49,028 bases of DNA from Chiloscyllium plagiosum (lineage: Eukaryota): NCBI RefSeq assembly GCF_004010195.1, contig NC_057754.1, forward strand, positions 10,860,588-10,909,615, in the 5' to 3' direction. Of this stretch, positions 22,822 to 33,853 are shown in pieces (position 1 is the stretch's first letter; every line of letters begins with the position of its first letter). A program made the position numbers and the translations under genes. The notes below the pieces were generated by a model. That model did no database searches. It saw only the letters and a list, made by a program, of their open reading frames with translations, and was not told the DNA's origin.

Positions 22822-23002
22822 CGCGCGAGATAGCGATCAGAGAGCGCAAGATCAGAGAGAGCAATGGAGAGAGAGATCAGAGTGTTCAGAGAGAGCGCGA
22901 GAGAAATCAGAGAGAGAGATCAGAGAGAGAGATCAGTGATCGAGAGAGAGAGATCACAGAGAGAGCGAGAGAAAAAAATCAGCATGGAGCTGTTTCTTTG
23001 AG

Positions 23003-23320
23003 ATAAAAGTTCAGGGTTTTTTCTAGTTTTGCTTAATTTCAGCTAGGGACTCAAAGAAACAGCTCCATGTTAATCTTTTCTCTCTCTCTCTCTGTGAACT
23101 GTGTCCAGTAAGAAACTGTGTTTAATTGAACTTTTTGCCAAGGGGTGTGTTAAGGGATGATGCAGGATATTGCCACAGTTCTTTGTTAAGTTTTTCGTGT
23201 TGGTTGGGTCTTCAAATAGTAAAGTTACTTGAAATTAGATTTTCTTTTGCTCATGTGTAAATAAATTCTTCTGTTTTGGTTAAAACAGAGTGGTTTGACC
23301 AACTGTGTTGCTCCTGGAAT
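23003..23320 (+). repeat. 3' LTR, second part (3'-truncated)
   Basis: Aligns to 5' LTR ~9095-9405 (TTCTAGTTTT...CAGCTCCATG...GTGTAAATAAATT...TTGACCAA). Confidence 0.82.
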
Positions 23321-23389
23321 TTTATTTTTATTCATTCATAGAGTCATAGAGATGTACAGCATGGAAACAGATCCTTTGGTCCAACCCGT

Positions 23390-25195
23390 CCATTCATAGG
23401 ACTTGGGCGTCGCTGGTTGGCCAACATTGATAGACCATCCCTATTCGTGGTGGTGGTGGTGAGTTGCCTTCTTGAATTGCTGCATTCTACTTGCTGTGAG
23501 TTGACCCACCATGCTGGTAGAGAGAGATTTCCAGGATTTTGACCCAAAGACTGAAGAAACGGCAGTATATTTCTAAGTCAAGGTGGTGAGTGGCTTGGAG
23601 GGGAACTTCCAGGTGTTCCCATGTACTTGCTGCCCTTGTCCTTCTAGGTGGAAGCATTTGTGGGTTTGGAAGGTGCCACCTAAGGATCTTTGGTGAATTT
23701 CTGCAGTGCATCTTGTAGATAGTACACACTGTTGCGCCGGATGACGGACTGAATGTTTGTAGTTGTGGTGCCAATCAAGCGGGTTGTTTTGTCCTGGATG
23801 GTATCAAGCGTTTTGAGTGTTGTTGGAACTGCAAACATCCAGGCAAGTGGGGAGAATTCCATCACACTCCTGACTTCTGCCTTGTAGATGGTGGATAGAC
23901 TTTGGGGTGTCAGGAGGTGAGTTACTCACTGCAGTATCCCTCATTTCTGACCTGCTCTTGTACCCACTGTATCCACTATACCAACTGGTGAGTCCAGTTG
24001 AGTTTCCGGTCAATGGTAACCCCAAGGATGTTGACAATGGGGGATTTAATGATGGTAATACTGTTCAACGTCAAGGGTAATGGTTAGAGTGTCAGTGATG
24101 GTCATTGTCTGGCCTTTGTGTGGTGTGAATGTTACTTGTCACCCCAAGCCTGGATATTGTCCAGATCTTGTTGCATTTAACCACGGACTGCTTCAGTATC
24201 TGAGTCGTCGCAAATGGTGCTGAACATTGTGCGATCATCAGCGAACTTACCCACTTCTGACCTTATGACAGAGGAAAGATCATTAATAAAGCAGCTGAAG
24301 ATTGTCGGCCTTGGACACTACCCTAAGGGACTCCTAAAGAGATGTCCTGGAGTTAAGATGACTGACCCTTCACAACCACAACCATCTTCCTTTGCATTAG
24401 GTATGACTTTAACCAGTGAATTTTTGCCCCCGATACCTATTGATTCTAGTTTGGCCAGGGCTCCTTGATGCCACATTCGGTCAAATGTGGACTTGATGCC
24501 ACTCTCACCTCACCTCTGGAATTCAGCGCTCTTGTCCATGTCTAAACCAAGGCTGTAATGAGGTGAGGAGCTGAGTGACGCTGGCAAAACTAAAACTGGG
24601 CATCACTGAGCAGGGTGTTGCTGAGCAGGTGCTGCTTGATAGGACTGTTGATGACCCCTTCCATCACTTTACTGATAATGACAGGAGACTGATTGGTAAG
24701 GTTGGATTTGTCATGTACAGGGCATTCCTGCGCAATTTTCCACATTGTTGGGTTGATGCCAGTGTTGTAACTGTACTGGAAGAGGGGACCGGTAAGTTCT
24801 GGAGCATATATCTTCAGTACCATTGCCAGAATGTTATCAGGGCCGATTGCCTTTGCAGTATCCAATGTTCCAGCCATTTCTCGTCATCACTTGGAGTGAA
24901 TCGAATTGGCTGGAGACTGGTATCTGTGATGCTGGGGACCACTGGAGGAGCCTGAGATGGATCATCCACTCGGCACTTCTGACTGAAGATTGTTGCGAAT
25001 GAATCAGCCTTATCCTTTCTACTGATGTGCTGGGTTCCTCCATCAATGAGGATGGGGATATTTATGGAGCCTTCTCCTCCAGTGAGTTGTTTAAATTGTC
25101 CACCGCCATTCACGACTGGATGTGGAAGGACTGCAGAGCTTAGATCGGATCCGTTGGTTGTGGGATCGCTAAACTCTGTCTATCACTTACTGTTT
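23390..25195 (-). mobile_element. LINE of a second CR1/L2-group family: RT and 3' UTR
   Basis: LDTAKAIGPDNILAMVLKIYAPEL..MWKIAQECPVH, ISKVMEGVIN and MEFSPLAWM..PTTLKTLDTIQDK. Confidence 0.85.
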
Positions 25196-25811
25196 GTAAT
25201 TTGGAAACAACATCAAAAATAACACTCATTTACCAGAGCACAATCTAAATTCATGTAGACAATGGGGTATGCACACAATTACTAAAAATATACCGTATTC
25301 ATACAATGAACTTCTTGAAGAAAAGTCAATCTTTTTCTAATAATAAGATCTATATTGAGCCAGTAACTCTCAGGATTACAATTTTTCTCACCTCTTATCA
25401 GAGAAAAAAAAGTTACTTCCCTTCAAATATTAATTCACCAGAATCCCTCCTGTCTCTATTTTCCTCTACACTGAATGCATTAGAAGGTACAGATTGCACA
25501 TAACTTTACCTTTTGGTATGACTTTCTCTGGAGAAACACCAGCCATTTTCACTGGATTACTTTTTAATTGTCTGACAATTTGCCTTTAAATGTTCATCCC
25601 AAAGATAGGGAAAAGAAACCACTCCTTTGGACGCACTTCCACCTTCTACACTATTTTTTCTTAGCAGCTGAGTGAGAATCTGTTCTTTCACTTATGCTGC
25701 CTTTTCCACAATAATCTGATGCCTGTTCATCCCCACATCACAATGATGTCACATTCCAAATTCTATATGAGTTTGTGACTTGTGGTTTGCTGCCAACAAG
25801 ATGTCGGTGAG

Positions 25812-25945
25812 AACTGAAGAAGGTTCACTGGATCCAAAGTATTAACTCTGCATTCTCTCCACAGATGCTACCAGATTTGCTAACCTTCTCCAGCAATTTC
25901 AGTTTTTGTCTCTGATTTCCAGAAACTACAGTTCTTTGGTTTGTT
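25812..25945 (+). mobile_element. Old Penelope-pLTR-like fragment (third family)
   Basis: CTGAAGAAGGTTCACTGGATCC...CACAGATGCTACCAG...CCAGCAATTTC; related pieces at 7310-7375, 35655-35797 and 37535-37660. Confidence 0.6.
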
Positions 25946-26392
25946 GTTAACTATTCAACTGGCTACTTCCTGTCACAAGGCTCACTGCCTTTCACTGAGG
26001 TCACCTCCTGGGTTTTCTTCCCCGAGAGCAGAGGCAGGCAAATTGCCCTGAATTACTTCCCCTCAAAAGTTCAAACAAGTGAGTTACGCATTACCCAAGA
26101 GCAAATCTGCAACAGCCTTCTGTGAGGAGACCCAAAATATGTTCAGCAAAAGAACCTGGTAAGTCCCACAATCCATCTCTCTGGCAACATATAATGTGCA
26201 GTGTGATTCCAAATAGAATTGCAAATTAAATGCTACATACCTTCAAAGTAGTCACTGAATTGATGATCCATGTGATCACAGATAAAACAACCTTTTGGTA
26301 AAAAGAACTCCAAAAGAATCAGGCCATAGGGTAAAAGTTGTGAAATCCTGTAATGCTTCCCTTTCACCAAGCGTCAGAGGGAATGTGGTTCA

Positions 26393-27130
<738 letters not shown>

Positions 27131-29247
27131 GAACTGTCAAACAATTCACTCTTAGATTCACAGGATCCCAAAGAATCAAGCAGCTCTGCAAAACAAAAAT
27201 TATAAAAGTCATCATCACTTTCAGTCCAGGATAGAGAGTCAGAAAGCACAACTCTAGTTTCAATCAAATATTCCTGCCTCTCTTGTGCCCAAAAATCTCT
27301 CATATTCCAAGCATTGTCTCCATCCTCACTCTGCTTTACCTAATACGCATACTATAAATTCTCCAAAAGGTGATGATTCATGCTGAGTGACAGACTTACG
27401 TTTCCTGTAATTAAATAGGTATTTGGTGAACTGAGTAAAGTATAGAGCTGTATGAGATATATGAGGAATGTGAAAAATAACAATGACCTGCACTACTGCC
27501 TTTTTTTATTCTTATTCACTCAAAGAATGTAGACATCATTGGCTCAGCCAACATTTATTGCCTGTCTCTATTTGCTCCTGACAAGGTTCAAACAAAAACA
27601 ATCAGCGATTTGAAATCAAAATCTGATGGTCACTTAATGGATGCGAATTTGCAGGGCGACAAGCATGCAGAGCAGCAAATGGAACAGACTGGATTGCTTT
27701 GCAGTGTTGGTGTGGAGTCAAGATATGAATGTGTCCTGTATCATAATGACTTTCTGATTGTATATGTATTATGTAGCTACAATATTGTATTACAAGACTA
27801 GAAACAATGATAATGACACTTTGTTTATAGATCTATAAGCAATATGTTGAATATCTATTAAATAACAACACAAGAAATATCTATCATTTATTCCCCTTAA
27901 ATATCAGCTGTTACCTGAGTAAATCATTCTTTTAATTGTGAATACTAAGAAGGAGGCATTATTTTACTCAGACAAGAATATGTGTCAAACTGAGAGAGTA
28001 AAAGATGTCAGCGTCCATAAGACAGAAATAGGAACCAACCTCTCCTAAATCTGCAAACTCCTGGATTCACTTCCTTTCCCTCTAGTTGCTACTACCAGTG
28101 ACCAGTTTCTCACTTCCCTCCTAAGATGGTCTAGAGGAGGTCATTTCATCAGTCTGAATTTTTCCATGCACACAGTGCTATCTGGAGCAGTTAATTATTT
28201 CTCCTCACAGATTTAAAGTTCAATGATACTCCTGTCCAAATGGATCGAGTGACTCGGTCAGATCTTCAGATCAAGCTTGATTTGAGAATTATGTCTGAAA
28301 ATTCTATCCTGCTGATCCTACAGTGTACTTAAGTCATCACCTGAAGTAGAGGTGATACATTATTTCAAAATTTTATTGAATGGGGCACTTGAAGAAAATA
28401 AATTTGCAAGGCTTTAGAGAGTGGATAGAACTTAACTGCCTCTTAAACCCTGACTATCTCTGATTGAAATCCTATATTTAAGAACATTGAGAAAGAGGCC
28501 ACCATATTCGGCAGGCAAATAAACGTATAAAGATAAGAGCAAATACTGACAATAACTTTCAGAGAGAGATATACCCGACTCAAACTTTCCAACATCTGCT
28601 AACTCACTGGATTCACTTCCTCTGCCTTGAATCGCTTGAAGTGAACAATTTCATCCATCTTACTCCCTCCCAGAATGTTACACAGAAGAGGCAATTTCAC
28701 TCTGACTCTCAATGGACAACGTCCGCATTATGATGTTTGCAATCAGCATGGGGCTTGCCTGAGGCAGTCAATAGGCAGGTGTGAGGATTCCTTGAGGTAA
28801 AAACAATGACTGCAGATGCTGGAAACCAGATTCTGGATCAGTGGTGCTGGAAGAGCACAGCAATTCAGGCAGCATCCGAGAGAGAGGAGGAAAACTTCTT
28901 CAAGGCAGGCATCCTTGCAAGAGGATTCGCAGTAGGGTTAAAATCAACGAGGTAAAAACAATGACTCCCACCCTACCTCTTGCAAAAATGCCATCCCGTA
29001 TTCCCAATTCCTCCGCGTATCTGCTCCCAGGAGGAGCAGTTCCACCATAGAACACACCAGATGGCCTCCTTCTTTAGAGACCGCAATTTCCCTTCCCACG
29101 TGGTTAAAGATGCCCTCCAACGCATCTCGTCCACATCCCGCACCTCCGCCCTCAGACCCAACCCCTCCAACCGCAACAAGGACAGAACGCCCCTGGTGCT
29201 CACCTTCCACCCTACCAACCTTCGCATAAACCAAATCATCCGCCGAC

Positions 29248-29491
29248 NNNNNNNNNNNNNNNNNNNNNNNNNNNNNNNNNNNNNNNNNNNNNNNNNNNNN
29301 NNNNNNNNNNNNNNNNNNNNNNNNNNNNNNNNNNNNNNNNNNNNNNNNNNNNNNNNNNNNNNNNNNNNNNNNNNNNNNNNNNNNNNNNNNNNNNNNNNNN
29401 NNNNNNNNNNNNNNNNNNNNNNNNNNNNNNNNNNNNNNNNNNNNNNNNNNNNNNNNNNNNNNNNNNNNNNNNNNNNNNNNNNNNNNNNNNN
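29248..29491. other. Assembly gap (244 N)
   Basis: Run of n. Confidence 1.
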
Positions 29492-29899
29492 NCGCCCCGT
29501 GGCTCAACATTTCAACTCCCCCTCCCACTCTGCCGAGGGTATGGAGGTGCTGGGCCTCCTCCACCGCCGCTCCCTCACCACCAGATGCCTGGAGGAAGAA
29601 CGCCTCATCTTCTGCCTCGGAACACTTCAACCCCAGGGCATCAGTGTGGATTTCAACAGTTTCCTCATTTCCCGTTCCCCCACCTCATCCTAGCTTCTAA
29701 CCTCCAGAAACTCGATCCCCTGACCTGTCCGGACTTGTCCGACCTGCCCAGCTCGTTTTCCACCTATCCACTCCACCCTCTCTTCCCTGACCTATCACCT
29801 TCATCTCCTTCCCCACTGACCTATTGTACTCTATGCCACTCTATCCCCACCCCCGCCCTCCTCTAGCTTATCTCTCCACGCTGCAGTCTCTCTGCCTTT

Positions 29900-29935
29900 A
29901 TTCCTGATGAAGGGCTTTTGCCCGAAACGTCGATT
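29900..29935 (+). ncRNA. Minimal type-I hammerhead ribozyme-like motif in the pLTR
   Basis: AUUC-CUGAUGA-A-GGGC-UUUU-GCCC-GAAAC-GUC-GAUU. Confidence 0.7.
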
Positions 29936-30227
29936 TTGCCTGTCCTCGGATGCTGCCTGAATTGCTGTGCTCTTCCAGCACCACTGATCCAGAAGTGAGG
30001 ATTCCTTGCAGAGTCTCACTTAAGTCCAGAGCTTTGAATGTAACAGGAATGATTCGATACCGAATGATGTGCTAAATTATCAATCAAACTCCATCTCCTG
30101 ACCTCATTCCATCGTTGGCCAACCCATGTGCTAGGCAATTTACTGTCCTGCGTTGTAATTCAAGAGTTGTCAAATTGTGAGCAAATTAATTGTAACAAAG
30201 CTCAGGAAGAATAAAAATTACTAGAAC

Positions 30228-30546
30228 TCAGTGGTTTGCACTGCTGCCTCACTGCGCCAGGGAGCCAGGTTCGATTCCTGCCTCGGGCGACTGTCTGTGT
30301 GGAGTTTGTACATTCTCCCCGTGTCCGCGTGGTTTTCCTCCGGGTGCTCCGGTTTCCTCCCACAGTCCAAAGATGTGCAGGTTAGGTAATTTGGCCGTGC
30401 TAAATTGTCCCATAGTGTTAGGTGCATTAGTCGGGGTAAATATGGGATAGGGGAATGGGTCTGGGTGGGTTACTCTTCGGAGGGTCGGTGTGGACTTGTT
30501 GGGCCGAAGGGCCTGTTTCCACACTGTAGGGAATCTAATCTAATCT
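30228..30546 (+). mobile_element. HE1-type SINE, slightly 5'-truncated
   Basis: CTCAGTGGTTTGCACTGCTGCC, GGTTCGATTCC and an (AATCT)n tail. Confidence 0.92.
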
Positions 30547-30554
30547 AAAAATAG

Positions 30555-31150
30555 AAAACGCTGTGCTCGGCGGAGATGTCCCCACGTTCCAGGCTACCGA
30601 CCAAGCGCGCAGATACAGGCGCCCGTACCCCCACATCCTTCTCCCTCTCGTCGAGCCTGGGTTTCCAGAGCAACCGTCTGCCGCCTCGGGCCAGAGCGGG
30701 ACGCCTCTTGATGATCTCATCCTCAACCTCACAGGCAGCACAGGGACCAATAAACGGGGAGAGGGCGTGGCTGGCGGACCAAACCGCAGCGTCTGGTCCT
30801 CCAACCAATGGGAGTGAATGGGGGGGGGAGAGCGAGCAGGACCACACGTGACCATTAACGCTACTGGCACAGACCCCCTGTGGCTAGTGCTTGAGTGGCG
30901 AAGGGAAAGCAGAAGAAGCAGTAGACATCGGGAGAAAAATACAGTCAGTCTGGTTTGGTGCGTTTCACGAGCATTCGGTGTAGGTTGTTAGACTCGAATT
31001 AGAAATTCGCGGACCCGCGTTAGCAGCAAATGGAAAACCGGCTGCAGGACTTAGGCGGTGATAGGCCTCGTATTAACAGCGCCATCTTTATTGGGGGCAA
31101 GGTGCAGCAGCGCATATGGACTTCCTATTTCCTGGGTCGGGGCGGAGCAA
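30555..31150. promoter_or_regulatory. CpG-island promoter, likely serving the ZF gene and possibly bidirectional
   Basis: High CpG density in non-repeat sequence; CCAAT 30805, E-box CACGTG 30845, YY1 motif CGCCATCTT 31080-31088, GC box GGGGCGGAG 31139-31147. Confidence 0.75.
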
Positions 31151-31187
31151 TTTGAAGTGGAGCATTTGTATACAGCAAGCTGAAACC

Positions 31188-31690
31188 TAGAGATGTATGC
31201 ATGGATACAGACCTTTAGGTCCTACTCGCCAATGCCTACCGCCAACCAGATATCCTAAACTAATCTAATCCACTTGTTAGCACTTGGTCCATTTCCCTCT
31301 AAACGTTTCTATTCATATATCCATCCAGATGCTTTTTAAATGTTACAATTGTACCAGCCTCCACCACTGGCAGCTCATTCCATACACGTACCACCCTATG
31401 CATGAAAAAGTTCCCTGTTAGGTCCCTTTCAAATTTTTCTCCTCTCACCATAAATCTATGCTGTTTAGTTCTGCTTTCCCCCAATCCAGGGAAGACACCT
31501 AATCTATTTACCCCATTCATGACCCTCATTTCATAAGGTCACCCTTCAGCCTCTGACACTCCAGGAAAAACAGACTCAGCCTATTTAGCCTCTCCCTTTA
31601 GTTCAAACCCTCCAACTTTGCACATTCTTGTAAATCTTTTCTGAACCCTTTCAAGTTTCACAACATCCTTCCAATTGAAGGGAGACCAGC
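31188..31690 (-). mobile_element. CR1 3' fragment
   Basis: ORF 31299-31529 NFFMHRVVRVWNELP..FKKHLDGYM. Confidence 0.9.
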
Positions 31691-31768
31691 ATTAGAAATG
31701 TTTGTCTCTTCTAGATTTCTATCTTGGACTGACAATGATTTTTTTTCTTTTGTGAATTCAGTTTACAG

Positions 31769-31910
31769 GATATTAGTTGAGAAAAAAATTGAAGACTGGG
31801 ATCTCCAAACAAGTTGTGACAGTCAGCAGAGTCATCAGGATCTGAATATCATTGGCATTTAACTGTGTAAGGAAAACGGTTTGTCTGTGGGGAAATATTT
31901 ATAATATGTT
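31769..31910 (+). other. Probable non-coding leader exon of the ZF gene (3' boundary uncertain)
   Basis: Pyrimidine tract and TTTACAG|GATATTAG acceptor shared with the other ZF cassettes in the window. Confidence 0.5.
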
Positions 31911-32671
31911 TGTAACTCAAAAAGCAGCAAGATATTCAAATATGTGGTGAGATCACCTCTGGGGTATGTGCTCAGTTCTGGGCCATGCTGCCGAGGAAGG
32001 AGATATTGGCCTGAGAAGGGCACAGATTTATCCAAATGACACTTTGTCTCTTTAAAAGAACTGTCATATTTATTCCCAATCAACCACTTTATGCTTTTAA
32101 TGTATCAGCTCCTTATTCTGAAATACCTACAAACTTACCTTTTAAAATTCCATGTGGACTCGAGTTCCAGTACCTTTTCAGATGGAGTGATCTAGATCCT
32201 GATAACTCTTTGTTAATCTTGAAATTTGAAAGATGAGATGCTGTTCCCTGAGCTATCATTGAGCTACTTTGGAACAGTACAGGAGGCTGAGATCTGTAGG
32301 TGTGAGTAGACAATTAATATGGCAAGGCTGAACTGTGAGTTCTGCTTGGCTCGATGACAGTGCTTTGGAGTTGGATGAAAACAGAGAGTGAGATGAGATA
32401 GGGAGAAGGTGATGCTGAAAAATTGAGTACGATGCTCAGTTTCAGTTTAAACAGTTCAGAAAGTGACACTGTCCCAATGGGAACAACCAATTGTGTAGAG
32501 TATTTTCTCACAGTTTTTAAAGTATAGTATATCACCTCAAGTAAACACTTTTTTGATTATAATAGAAGTGTCTGAAATGAGGGATTTTCCTGCTTTTTAG
32601 CTTCCAACCCAACTCCTTGAAATCACATTTTAGATCCTCATTACTTTTCGTGGCTATGTCAACCTTCTTTA

Positions 32672-32882
32672 CTGGAGAAAGTGAGGACTGCAGATGCTGG
32701 AGATCAGAGCTGAAAATGTGTTGCTGGAAAAGCGCAGCAGGTCAGGCAGCATCCAGCGAACAGGAGAATCGACGTTTCGGGCATAAGCCATTCCTGAAGA
32801 AGGGCTTATGCCCGAAACGTCGATTCTCCTGTTCCCTGGATGCTGCCTGACCTGCTGCGCTTTTCCAGCAACACATTTTCAG
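32672..32882. mobile_element. Palindromic Penelope-pLTR-derived mini-insertion with an intact hammerhead-like motif (32794-32821)
   Basis: Near-perfect inverted arms; 12-bp TSD CAACCTTCTTTA at 32660-32671 and 32883-32894. Confidence 0.9.
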
Positions 32883-33853
32883 CAACCTTCTTTAGTCTCT
32901 AACAACAGCCAAGGCATCCTTCCTTTGAAAAGGAGAACAAAACTGCACACACTACTCCATTTGTAGTCTTACCAAGGCCTGAACAGAAAGACACCCCTGC
33001 TCCTGTACTCCAGTCCTCTCAATATGAAGGTCCATATATCATTTGCATTCTTTTTAAAAGATCTAAACCCAGAAAATATCCCAAAACAATTCCTTCCCTA
33101 TGAAATTCATTAGGAAAAAGCTTGCCACTCCTGCCTGCTTACTAATAGAGAGGTTCACACTGAAACACAGAGCAAAATAGGGTCATAGACTCTGATATAG
33201 AATTGTTGATCACAATGTCCCCATTGTATCCATGCTGGTCATGAAGCATGTATTTACACTTATCCCATTTTCTGGCACTCAACATGTAAACTATATTGTT
33301 AAGGCTTTTATGATCATCTAAACATTTCTTCAATGGTTCCTGCATCTGTTACCATTTCAGGTGTTACCAGATCTGCTGAGTATCTCTAGAATTATCATTT
33401 CAGATTTTCACTATTTTGCTTCTGCAATTGTTCTTAGTCTTTCAGAGGGATCGAAGAAAACAGGAACAGGATTGATATGCAGATCTATAAAATGCCTCTC
33501 CTCCTCCCCGCCACTGGCTCTCCCACCTTTGCACAGGCACTGACTGGTCTCAGACCCTGAAGGAGATATATAAACCAGTCCAGTTTTAATGATGTGTGGG
33601 CTCCACAAAGGACCAGATTAATTTCTCTCAGACTCAACCTGTTTTCTTCTGGTTTTCCCTCTCTCCTTACTTCAGTTTTCTGTTTGAAAGGTTGATTTGC
33701 AGAGGAAATCAAATTCAGATCTGATATTCAGTCTGTTTATTATAACCTATTTATCTCAGGATTTTGAACATTGAGGGGGGGAAAAGTACCATTTACTCCG
33801 GAGAAAAACACAAATAATCAACATGTGGGAGAGTCTGTGAAGATTTTTCGGAA

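Larger units (their letters stand above)
8930..23320 (+). mobile_element. Decayed Gmr1-like Ty3/Gypsy LTR retrotransposon with nested insertions
   Basis: 5' LTR, tRNA-Pro-like PBS, gag (SCAN-related, CCHC), protease ILRDTRSSQS, integrase placed before RT and RNaseH, PPT AAAAAGGGGGAGA, 3' LTR starting TGTGATG. Confidence 0.88.
28795..29994 (+). mobile_element. Young 5'-truncated Penelope-like element with an inverted 5' pLTR
   Basis: ORF 28980-29693 (RICSQEEQF...PLVLTFHP; PVAQHFNSPSH...EERLIFCLGTLQPQG). 28795-28880 is inverted relative to 29945-29994. 14-bp TSD GTGAGGATTCCTTG at 28781-28794 and 29995-30008. Confidence 0.92.

Noticed and set aside
20027..22939. 970-aa and 927-aa ORFs of repeated ISQRERYHRERDITERE
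   Set aside because: A by-product of a stop-free 17-bp unit: all three + frames give the same 17-aa cycle. The ORFs start inside an inverted LTR fragment and have no gene context
28944..29630. 228-aa minus-strand ORF spanning Ns
   Set aside because: Antisense to the Penelope ORF and inflated by the assembly gap
30535..30870. Four overlapping 84-111 aa ORFs in the CpG island
   Set aside because: Expected in GC-rich sequence; no recognisable domain; the region looks like a promoter
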